Shown here: in pieces, positions 1-10,350 of the stretch
Layout of the letters: every line of letters starts with the position of its first letter
Position numbering within the stretch: the first letter of the stretch is position 1
Origin: Lepidodermella squamata
Lineage: Eukaryota; Animalia; Gastrotricha
Direction: 5' to 3'
Length of the DNA: 64,000 bases
Assembly (NCBI GenBank): GCA_047495785.1
Contig: JBLDXI010000060.1
Location: 1-64,000, forward strand
Program-made: the position numbers and the translations under genes
The notes under the pieces: model-generated
What the model was told of the DNA's origin: nothing
What the model saw: only the letters and a program-made list of their open reading frames with translations
Databases searched by the model: none

Positions 1-2
1 AT

Positions 3-248
3 TACTCGGCTATTGGAGCTCGGCGGCGAAACCGAAAAATTATTCCTGATGAGTGGTTCGCCCAGTGCACTCGAGGCGGTCTACATCAACCACATGAAGA
101 CGTGCGTGAAATGCTAAAAGCAATTTGCCACCCGAACATCGCCCGATGCTACGCCGAAGAAGGTTTCGAAGCAGAGGATTTGGCTCCGTTGACGCCAAAA
201 TACCAACTTTTTTCCCTTTCAATTAGAAAAGACTCATCTAGAGTGTAA
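3..248 (+). pseudogene. 3' end of a probable DNA-transposon-derived ORF running in from the window edge
   Basis: Frame 3 is open from the edge: ...IIPDEWFAQCTRGGLHQPHEDV...*. The W-x4-RGGL-x2-P motif resembles C-termini of P-element/THAP9-like transposon proteins. GTTCCCCGTCA at 321-331 also occurs as an element end at 24516-24526 and 24818-24828. Confidence 0.3.
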
Positions 249-1099
249 TCCGACAGTCTAGTAAATGTTGATAATTTTGTTTCATATTAAACATCAATCC
301 TGCTCGTTTTGTTGCTGGAAGTTCCCCGTCACTGTCAAAGGCCGCCAGGCCGACAGTGTGTAATTTTACCATGCTGGGTTAAACCTCTCTCTTTTTCTGC
401 TTACATTTTTTGCAGCCTGGAGCATACAGTGAAATTGGGCCGTAATCCAAGACTTAGATTACTTCCTGACTTCCTGAGACCAAGGCTCAAAAAAACGCCA
501 TTGTGATTTGCGATTGTAAATCGGTGTAATATCACAGGCCAATAGGCGCTCTGTACTTAAGACAGCCACGATTTTGTTGTTGAATTGCGCATCTCTCTTC
601 CGATTTAAAATTCCACGAATTTAATATTTCATCGAGATGCGGGGTTGCGCGCTATACACCGCTATATACCGGAGTAGGGCTCTACGATGACATTGCAGCA
701 CACGGAATCAGATAGTAGCTAGGCCCTAACTCTTGGAAGCCCACGGAACTTTTCCCTGAAGATATACCAAACAATGACCATTTCTTCTTGATGGCAACAT
801 TTTTTTAATCCCGTCAGCGTCTTGCCCCATCTCTGTCCACTAAGCTCTTCCTTATCGCCGTTACTAATAGCCGTAGCCACCCTAAAATCATCGTTTATCA
901 CACCTTCCGTAGTCCACTATTAAGGATAATCCTCTTACGGCATGTTTATTTTGCGGGGGCCGTCCTTTCCGCGGAAATTGCAGTAAAAAGTTAACGGCAG
1001 GCTGTAAAATAATTAGCATCGTGATAACTTCAGCTAGACGTAATACCCACAGGGCTATTTTTTACCGATAGCTTGCACAAGCAAATTATAGATATATGT

Positions 1100-2817
1100 A
1101 TGTCTGCGGATGAAGTGCCAAAAATTGTTGAGAATGATGGCGAATTGACAACGGATCACTACAGAAAAAGTCAAGCTGGTTTAGAGGACAGGAGACCAGA
1201 TTCGTACGCAGAAAAGCCCGAAGCTGCTAATCAACAAGTGAAAAGAAAGCCATGGGGTGAAGCCGAGGATCAGTCTTCAGCCTCTAAGTATTCCAAGCTT
1301 GGCGAGGCCGAGTCTTTCGTTCAAAATGATCTTCGAGCGAACATAAGACGACAGTCAAATTCCAAAGAATCAAACCTTGAAGCTGCGACTAGCCGTCAAG
1401 CGGACATGAAGCGACCCGAATACCAGGACTCCAAAGTGCTTTTCTTCGCAGAGCATCACTTGCAGGTCGACATTTTCGTTACAGGCGATGACGTCCGCGG
1501 CCGGATCAGCAAAAAAACGCAACGTACTCCGATGCTTCTCTGCAACAGCTTCGCGATGATTTGAATGCAACGAAGTCTAAATTGGACAAGTACTACATTG
1601 ATGGTGAGCGAGACAACCGGGCTAAATGGGCTTGGAATAAATTTCAAGGTATCTCCGATGTTTACCACGATCTTCGATTTCGCATCCAGAAAGAATTCAA
1701 CGGGCAAATTGTGACAAATGCTTGGATGAAGTACTTTGAAATCATCAGGCACTATGGGCTGATACCCTCTGACTGGCGGGTTTATGATGAAACCAGGCAC
1801 AACCATCGTCATGAAGACCAGGACGACGAGGGCAGAGTGTTTACAGCATTCTTCAACGCAGAACTGCCTGGAGCAGCTGTTTGCGCGTTCAACCACTACA
1901 TGAAGACGCGAGCTCGAAGACTTCCTTTCGAATGGTGGGCGTCCAGTTTAGCCCCGGATGTCGACGAGGCTAGTGAATCCCTCAATAACAACTGCCTTGG
2001 CGATCAATAAGGGTTGTATGAACGCAACAAAGACCGCTGGCTTATGGAGATTGGAAATTCTCCAGCCGAGCGGAACAACGGCGATGCTACAGTCCTAAAG
2101 AACCTTCTGGATTTCGAGGCCAAAATCGGGCCACCATCTGCCGTTCGCGGGGTGGATTTCTACAGCCATGATGCCGGTATTGATGTAAGTGAGGGGCAAG
2201 AGGGCGAACTTGGCTTCAACCAGCAGGAGCTGGCAAACGCAAAGATTCATCTCGGCTGTGCTTTGGCTGGATTTCTGACGCTGAAAAAGGGCGGCACTTT
2301 CATCGCGAAACAGTACACCTTTTTCGAGACATTCACCTGGAATCTGATCTTGATCTACGCGTCCCTGTTTCGCGAGTTCAAAATCTGTAAACCGCTCACG
2401 TCCCGGCCGAGAAACAGTGAAATTTATCTCGTTGGTAAGGGATTCAAAGGCCTGCCAAATGAAGTTCGAGACGTTTTAACTGAACGGCTGGAAAACTTCA
2501 CCACAGATCCATTTATTTCGGAGAAGGACGTCGAAGCCAATTTTTCGTAGCCGTTCGCCTGCATCCAGCGATTCGCAGAGCGTGTGTTTCGGAAACAGCA
2601 AATTCGGTGTATCGAGTCGAACATCGCATTGTACGAAGCTAGTCGCTGGGATTTGCGGGATTTGGAGCAAAAGGTCGGCGAAGTTAAGACGGAACGTCTA
2701 GATAAATGGATCAGCGACTACGAAATCAAGCCTCTGGCTGACACGGAGAAAACTGGATTCCATTTCTACAGAAGGATAGAAAATACGCCTACCGTGAAAA
2801 ATGATAGGTCAGAATGA
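1100..2817 (+). pseudogene. Disrupted FtsJ/RrmJ-like RNA cap 2'-O-methyltransferase (asfarvirus EP424R-like), copy 1
   Basis: The spliced-free reading gives VTNAWMKYFEI, FFNAELPG..FNHY, WWASSL, GLYERNKDRWLM, NGDAT, SHDAG, AKQYTFFE and KPLTSRPRNSEIYLVGK. It is broken by a frameshift near 1495-1515 and by in-frame stops TAA 2008-2010 (where copy 2 has Tyr, DDYGFY) and TAG 2548-2550. It has a charged N-terminal extension. Confidence 0.85.
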
Positions 2818-3507
2818 AACCAAAGAATTCAATTATACTGTTATTTGATTTAGGCAATTTAATAAAGCTAAAATATGGATTTGGATATGGTTGATGGAGG
2901 ATGGTTTTATTGCTTTCCACAATTCAGCTTTGATAGGTTTTTCAGTAAATTATACAGAAATCTGAAGAGAATATCTGCACAGCGCTTTTCGACGAATTTT
3001 ACCTTTGCAAGCCAGCTGCGTCTCACTCGAGGAATAGGTAGGTCTACTTCGTAGGAAAAGGTTACAGGAAAATCGATTGAAGAAAAATTGATGTGCCGCT
3101 TGGAGAAGTTCACGTTAACGCCGATTCTAGCAAAACAGGTTTTGGATCGATGATAAGGGGGAAATTGGTCAGGCTATCAATCTGATCGCCCAATTTTGCA
3201 CAAGATTTCCGGTCGACAAATGTTAGTTTACGACGTTATCAAGAGCTTTACGATGCTAATCGCAGCGATTTTTGATCGTTAGTACATGAGCCTGCGGAAA
3301 CAGGCAAGACTCAGCTAGCAATCCTCTTAGCAGTCTTGACGATGCCGCTTGGCTGACGCCTGGTAAAACGCCCTAACAGCGTGGTCGAAACTATCGATTT
3401 GACCATCCTACCAATAAGATACGATTTCTTGATCTGAGCGAAACGAATTCATTTTATTTCACTTATAAACTATTCCTTTCTGTATCTCATTTTAGGTGGT
3501 ATCAATA

Positions 3508-4820
3508 ATGACAGATATTTTTAGGAAAGTGAAACTAACAAAAATCGATCTTGGGGCTTTAGAGAATGTTTTAGCTCAAGATAAATCGGAAGATTACGAT
3601 GAGCCAAAACTATTGAAACTGAAGGAATCGTTGTTTCAAGCGATGAGGGATTGTTACATCAATGATCAAAAATTTACACAATCAACTGATCCCTTGTTTA
3701 AAGCTATCCCGGAAATAGTGCATCAGTACAATGGTCAATGTGTAACGAATGGCTGGCTGAAATTCTACGAAGTCGCGAGTCACTTCAAACTGGTTAATTG
3801 CACAAGCGACAAGTTTATAGCATTTCACAACGCTGCTTTTCCAGGTTAGTTGGAACATGGGACCTGAATCTACGATTCTACTATGAAAATTTCTGATCAG
3901 GCGGGGCTTTGAGTGCGTACAATCACATGATTAAGACTAAGCCCGATCCTGACAAGTATGACTGGTTTGCGTCAGATTTATGGGAGAAAATCGTCGATCC
4001 TAGTAAATACGACAAAGATGAGCCGAAAGATGATTATGGATTCTACAGAGGCAATCAATCCAAGTGGCTGATGTCACGCAAGAACAGTGGAGACTGTACG
4101 TTAGTCGAGACTGTTCGCGGATTCAAAAAAGCTATTGGGCCTGGTTCAACGCATGGCGGTGTTGATTTTTGCTATCACGATGCCGCTACCTACGTTGGCA
4201 ATGACGAGGATCATGACCATGAAAAAGCAGAAGCGCATGCCCACCTAGGATGCGCACTGGCTGCGTTTCTTACGCTCAAGAAGGGTGGCTCTTTTGTGGC
4301 TGCGCAGTTCACATGCTTCCAAACACTGACGTGGAACCTGATTCTAATCTACTCTGCCTTATTCGAAGAGTTTTATCTCTGCAAGCCAGTATCTTCTCGT
4401 TCGAAAAACAGTGAGGTTTTTTTGATTGGAAAACATTTCAAGGGGCTTGAAGACTGTCAATGGCTTGAGAATGCTTTGATGGGGCGGCTGGAACAATTTT
4501 CTATGAAACCAATCTTATCGAAGAACGTTTTAGAGGATCAGGGTCGCTTTATCGAATCGATAAACCAGATCGTGGGTTTCTACACTGAAGCAGCCGAAAA
4601 CCAGATTGCAGTTTTACACCGAAACAAACAGCTTTACAATATTTTTGCACCGACACTCTGTGTGGGCGAGGAGCTTGAAAATGAACTGATTAATACAAGG
4701 AAACGCTGGTTTCAAAGCAATACGATAACCTATTTGGGAAAGCATGTTTGGTTGCCAAACAGCGATAAACGAAACCTCCAATCTAGTAAAAAGCCTGAAT
4801 ATTCAGGGAAAGTCTTATGA
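3508..4820 (+). CDS. FtsJ/RrmJ-like cap 2'-O-methyltransferase homologue (EP424R-like), copy 2; 2 coding exons, about 418 aa
   Basis: Exons are 3508-3844 and 3901-4820. A 56-nt phase-1 GT..AG intron (3845-3900) restores AAFPG-GALSAYNH. Collinear with copy 1 (VTNGWLKFYEV, WFASDL, YHDAA, HLGCALAAFLTLKKGG, KPVSSRSKNSEVFLIGK). Confidence 0.85.
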
Positions 4821-5294
4821 AGCGATCAATATTCAAGCCAAGTCGATTTGTTAAGGATTTCTATTTGAAAAAAACCAAGCAAAAATAATCAACAACCTTG
4901 GGTTAATGTGTTAGCGTGCCTGCTTGCCCTTTTGATCCTGAAATTGATTTCCAAAATAAAATAATGCAAATTACTTTTATTAAGCAACATAGCAAAGAAA
5001 TAGCGTAGGAGCCTTAACCGGTACGTCTAGTGTCTAGTCGAAGGGGACGTCGATTCAAAGAAATTGAACAGTATTAATTATTTCAAAAATGTCGATAGTC
5101 TTGTAATCAGTGTAGCATTACCACTCCTGCCTAATTAATTAGCTGATGTCGCAGATGGTTCTTGGTCTGTATTTGCTTTTGTCAATGCGTGAAGCAAGAT
5201 GAAACCTGAAATCATCGACATAACAAGGCTGAGAACCGCCACTGCGATTTGCTGATTGATAGGATTTCCAATCCTAATTTCCAATCCTAATTTA

Positions 5295-6885
5295 CTTCAA
5301 ACAACCAGACAGCGCCTTGTTGATTCAAAAATGCAAGCCGGGTTGTTAAACCATTCTCTGTGAGAACTGCAGATCCACGGCGGAAATGCTTATCTAAACA
5401 AGAGATGTAAGGAAAAGAAAAGTCGAAGACAAAAGGCTGACTCGCATTGGCTATGTGGAGCGAACGATAGGTGTCGTAGGTCCAAACGCATGACGGGCAG
5501 TATGTTAACTCACCAGCTGGGTAGGATGTAGCTGGAATCAATAAAGTAAATTGAAGCTCGGCAATCAAATCTCCTCATTACCATTCATGCAATGCTTATA
5601 AAGAACTTCGGAATAGCTGGACATGTTCGAGTTAAAAAACATGACACAAGACGTAATAAAATCGCCTCCCGCAAAAGAAGAAGATCTATGAGAAAATGTT
5701 TAGGAGAAAATTCGATGAACAACAGCGATTTTACTTACGTTTTTCCGAGATAAACTTTCAGCTGGTGTTCCGGCAAAATTCCAGAGAAGGATGTTTTGTA
5801 GGATGTGTAGGTCGTCGAGCCTCCCGTTGTTCGAGCAGTGACTGTAATCGCCGAGTTCTCAACAGTGACCAGTAGAAATACCCAATCATTCGCCGTATAT
5901 TTCAAATGTTGGGCGTAGACTTTATCGGACGAACTTGATGCACCAAATTGATTTCCGTTCTTGTAAATTTGAATTATCTGCCCAGCACTAGATTCTATTT
6001 CCATCAGTTCTCCATTGTTCAACGACTGAAAATAGAGACATAAAGACCAAACAGGGCCTCCCACCCCAGTGAGCCCAGTCGCGCTGAGGTATTTTGGGGA
6101 TTGGAGCGCACTAGATCCAACTTTATACCCTGAGTGGGCCAATTCGTTTGCTGTCACCGATGTTTTCGTGAAAGCTGCATCCCCAACCGTCGTGAAGCTC
6201 GGCGTGCCAGCAGTCAGGGGCAACAATTGCGTATCCCAGCTAAGCGGCCAATAGGCGACAAGTTTCGACTCGCTAAATGCCTCGATTTTGCCGCAAAGGA
6301 ACCCCGTTGGATCGGGAAGATATTTTCCGTTGAGGCACGTCGTCTGTCGGTAAGATCCGTCTGGGCAGATAAAAACTCTCACGACAGTATGCTCTGGTGA
6401 AGATGTACCAGGCATCGTGGTGTCAAAGGATGTCCAGACCTTCTCTGAGTTCGTGCTAATCATGTAGCCATCAAATTTCAAGGTTTGGTTCCAGACACAC
6501 TGTGCACTGGGTTGATTTAAAACATCTTGCAAACAAGAAACAATAAACCCCTCGAAAAACTGCAAAATTCAAATTTGTTACCTTTGCAGTCAAGATTGTT
6601 TGTCCACCAACCGTTATCGCTGCAGCGACCCAGCAAAGTCAGTTTTACAGCCGCCTTCGAACACACTAGCTTCACTGTTGTTCCGTAGATGAAGGTTAAA
6701 TTGTCTCCTGGCTTGAATCCAGATTCTTTCGATAGATATGATAACCCTTGGGAGCCTTCACTTGCGTAAAATACAAGGTTCGATGTGTAGGTCGATGTAT
6801 TCCATTTACATTCCTCAACAGCACCTGAAGGTGAACAGTAAAACAGCAGTAACGCTATGCGAAAACCATTCATGGCAGTAGCCAT
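5295..6885 (-). pseudogene. SEA-family paralogue A, 3'-truncated (signal peptide, 2 CCP-like domains, LamG/pentraxin-like domain, start of lectin-like domain only)
   Basis: Exon-for-exon similar to paralogue B (18940-17360) up to RLAFLNQQGAVWLFE. Homology then stops at a 13-bp tandem duplication (TTTCCAATCCTAA x2, ~5266-5291). The large last exon (mucin-SEA-GPI) is absent. Confidence 0.75.
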
Positions 6886-7352
6886 TCGAAATTGTCTTTG
6901 TGATTTAGATATATCCCTGAGAAACATCCACCGAGAAAATGTAACGTTTGAGAAAGACAAAGTCCTGAAAGTTTGCACACAATTAAAACACTCTCCGAGC
7001 TATAAGTAAACGCACGATCCCAGACAATAATGCGTCTTACAAAGTTATTCTTGATATTAATTAACGGCTTTGCATTCGAATTCAATTTTAAAATTGCATA
7101 GTAAACAATTCATCAATTTCTCGATTTTTTCCCGGTCAACGCTTCAAATCTCTGCACAGCCGCTGGAAATATCCCCTATCCATTAGCCATGTGACGTAGA
7201 TAGCACGCCGCACTAAGAGGTTTTCGGCCACAAAAAACTGAAGTCAGACTAATAAGGGACAAAGTTCATCGTTTCAAATTTAATACAGTGCGAATTGCTG
7301 GAAAACACCTCAGCTCCCGGATCCTACTTCGCACACTGCTTCTCTTTTTTGC

Positions 7353-8199
7353 CAAGGGAAGGAAGGGAAGCTCATTGTTCGCGTGCGCCATCTGTTTTGT
7401 TCAGCTTTTGAGCAAAAAACGCTAAAATCATGTGCCGAAAATTTTAGCAATTTTTACCCTTGGTTTTTTTGGGTAATCTCGTACAGCTTAATTACCTGTG
7501 GCTTGACCGACTCCAGTTCACCTATACAGGTGATTATCATGGCGTTAGGCTATTTTTTCAAAATTCGACCTTGACACGTGTTTTTTTGGCGCAAAATTCA
7601 AACATACAGTGTTCTATATTACTTGCAGTTATCAGAAAACAAGATATTTCTGTTAAAATAATTCAAAATAATTCCGAAATTAGCAATTTTTTATTTGATA
7701 TTTAATCATAAAGACTGGTCAGAGCTGGCCTAAGACTAGACTTTCTAACTCCTTGTTTTTCATCCCTAAAATGCTGAATAGTTCGGCGCGCTGTAATATT
7801 TCTAAAAAATTTCAGGATTTTGTTGATAGTTGACGTTGAAAGTTTTGGATATTGATTATAGAGCTTAAATAAAAAAGTAGGATTCGAGAATTCAAAGTTT
7901 TGCATGTTAGCAATAGTTGAAACGATTGCGAAAACTTCTGGGTGTGCGAGTGTGTTTCCAGCTTCGACCACGAGAAAGTCCTCAGGCCAAGCTTCAGTTC
8001 CTTCCAGCCCGACGACTTTGCTGATGTATCCCGCAACATTTCGAAGAGCCGGCATGTCTTCCACAAGGTAATTCGGCAGCGATACTTGCAATCGTTTGTC
8101 TTTTCGAGCTCTTATTAAAGCCCGTGATTTGATTTCTCGAGCGGTTTCTCCTTGAGTGCAAGCCTCCTTGAGTGCAAGCCAGCCATGTGTTTTTTTCAT
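7353..8199 (-). mobile_element. Transposon fragment (P-element/THAP9-like C-terminal region)
   Basis: ORF 7702-8199 contains ALRNVAGYI, similar to the ALxYIAGY motif of P-like transposase C-termini. A putative terminus CAAGGGAAGGAAG at 7353 recurs at 10663. Confidence 0.35.
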
Positions 8200-8367
8200 C
8201 TGACTAGTATTGCCGACTTTGGTTTACGCCGACGTGAGCAGCCGTTGTTCTCGGTCAACCCTTCTGCGGGTAGCCACGCATCAGACATTAACCTTCCAAT
8301 CTATGAAATTGCAATTCATTTCAAGTTTCGAAAACTTCGAAAGCTATGATTAGTATACAATCGAAAA

Positions 8368-8925
8368 ATATCGAAAAATTTCCATTCGACACCCAAAAAT
8401 ACCCAGTAATATTTGAGTCCAGCGATCAAACCAATGTTCTACGATGGCTTTTAATGGATGTTATTGCAACATCACTGACACTACAGATGCTCCATTCATA
8501 TCTCCAACTGCTGTTTTGACTTTAGTTCGGTTCAGTATAGGCGCCGATAGGGTTACCTACGAAGGCTTTGGAATTGCATCGTTCGATCGAGTCCTTTTCG
8601 CAATTGAACTACGACTAAAACCTGGCTCATACGTCGTCTACATTTTCTTACCGAGTTTCGCCCTTTCGGCGCTGTTGCATGGCTCAGTTAAGATCGAGCC
8701 TGGAGAGACGGATCGTCCCATGTTTTGCGTCACCCTACTGCTCGCTTTTTCTGTCCTACAGTCAAGCATTGCGGACATGATAGCAAAGACGAGCACAATA
8801 CCTGTGAGTTTCGTTACAGCTCAGCTTTCAGCCGGTGTCATACTGTCATTCTACGCTTTGGCCCCTCTTTTCTTATAGCAGCTAAGCCGTGGTACCGACG
8901 CACGATGTTCGGTAGCCTCAAAAAT
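8368..8925 (+). pseudogene. Inverted, degenerate copy of exon 2 of the Cys-loop channel gene
   Basis: IEKFPFDTQKYPVIFES (Cys-loop Cys to Tyr), then a frameshift, then FCVTLLLAFSVLQ and AAKPWYRRTMFGSLK, very similar to 19483-20158. Exon 1 is absent. Confidence 0.85.
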
Positions 8926-9488
8926 ACCAACTTAGAGCACGCCGGCAGATGCCGGCAGTTCACTACTTTCCTCATCAATATTCGGAATATGTTGCATTAA
9001 AAAAAAAATGGCGGGCCTCAATTCGAAAATGTTTAATAATTAACATTTATAATTTTAAAATTAGTTAGTTCAAGTTTCGAAGATTGCATAAAGTAGGGAT
9101 TTTGCGCAGTTTCCGAGACGCTACAAAGAGGAGATGCATTCTTTACAGATGAATTGAGCTGATGAAATGGCAGCATCTGCTCTAAATTACACAGAAATAG
9201 CACAAGAAATACGTCGCATTTACACTAGACTACCCATAATTATCCAAGTTAATTACTTTCCCTGTTATGCAATCATTTTCACGAAAGACGTGGTTTTATC
9301 CATTTTTTAAACAAATTCAAAATATTTGCCACTTGGTCGTGGAGAAATATCTCAAAATTAGCTTGACTGAGGTCTATGCATGCCTAGCACCTTGCTTCAA
9401 GCTTGCTATGAAAATAAATCCGAATTTTTTTAACGAATTTTTCCGAGAAAAAATGAAAATAATTTGAAACCTTGCGATTATACAATTA

Positions 9489-9675
9489 CCGTATTTGTTC
9501 CTATAGCAGCCCGCGCTACTAAAATTTCAACCTCGAAATTTCGAAAATTTCAAAAATTAATTTCTCGTGAATCGGTCATTTTTCATGTTTTCGAACCGAC
9601 TTGACCCCTCAACCCTGGGCTACTATTAGGGATGGGCAATTATTAGTGAATGGGCTATTATTGGAACAAATACGA
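9489..9675. mobile_element. Tc1/mariner-type (pogo-like) MITE, 187 bp
   Basis: TA|CCGTATTTGTTCC...GGAACAAATACG(A)|TA. Further copies at 36082-36268 and, reversed and degenerate, at ~60539-60700. Confidence 0.85.
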
Positions 9676-10016
9676 TATACTATTATATTGTAGTTTTTTA
9701 AACCCGACACTTGATTATCGATAGCGGATCGAAATTGATGAAATCACGCCGAAGGTTATAGATATTGTTATACCAACATAATTTAGGTAGAATTTTCTCA
9801 TAGAAATATTAGAAAATTCAAAGTAGTTTAGGCTCCTGTTTGGACTATAAAAAGAAATGCTCAACAAAACCCACGAAAATCATGAGAAAATCTCGAAACT
9901 ATCAATATTTTCTGATTTTTTCTTAATTTTTTCGAGGACTTGTTAATTCTTAATTTCTGGAAACTGCCCCAGTGACGCGATTCGTTGCATAATTCGTTTT
10001 AAGAGGATTTTGGCTA

Positions 10017-10350
10017 AAAAAAAAAAAAATTCGAAAATTCCTTTTTATTATTGAGACGTCCCATTCGTTGAATGGATGGGCCGAAGCCATGGGTCCCGAA
10101 TGAGCGCTCTTAGGGTCGCTTGTTGGGGTCTCTTGAGGACAGCTCGGTAGCGATTAGTGCAGTCTCGCTGACACTCCTAATCTACCACTTTTCACTTTTG
10201 TAACACGATGGAGTGGTCGGCCACCGTCGGGGTAGAGCGTCATTGATAAATCACGGTCGACCCGGGTGGGGATCGAACTCGTGCCCATCGATCTTGACGC
10301 TCAATACACAGCAGACAGCTATCCACTGAACTACTGTGTGAACTACTGTG
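10017..10350 (-). mobile_element. tRNA-derived SINE with a 12-bp target-site duplication
   Basis: Minus strand has an A box TAGTTCAGTGG (10333-10323) and a B box GTTCGATCC (10278-10270). The element is flanked by the direct repeat GGATTTTGGCTA at 10005-10016 and 10351-10362. Confidence 0.8.

Noticed and set aside
2008-2550. Stop-codon reassignment or programmed read-through in methyltransferase copy 1
   Set aside because: TAA and TAG end neighbouring genes normally, the TAA is a one-step change from a Tyr codon, and an independent frameshift is present. Pseudogenisation is simpler.
1-5000. Large endogenous giant-virus insertion
   Set aside because: No other viral hallmark genes (capsid, polymerase, packaging ATPase) occur in the window. 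Only the methyltransferase pair looks viral.
10255-10340. Genuine tRNA gene
   Set aside because: A and B boxes are present but no convincing cloverleaf, and it lies within a TSD-flanked ~330-bp element, so it is a SINE head.
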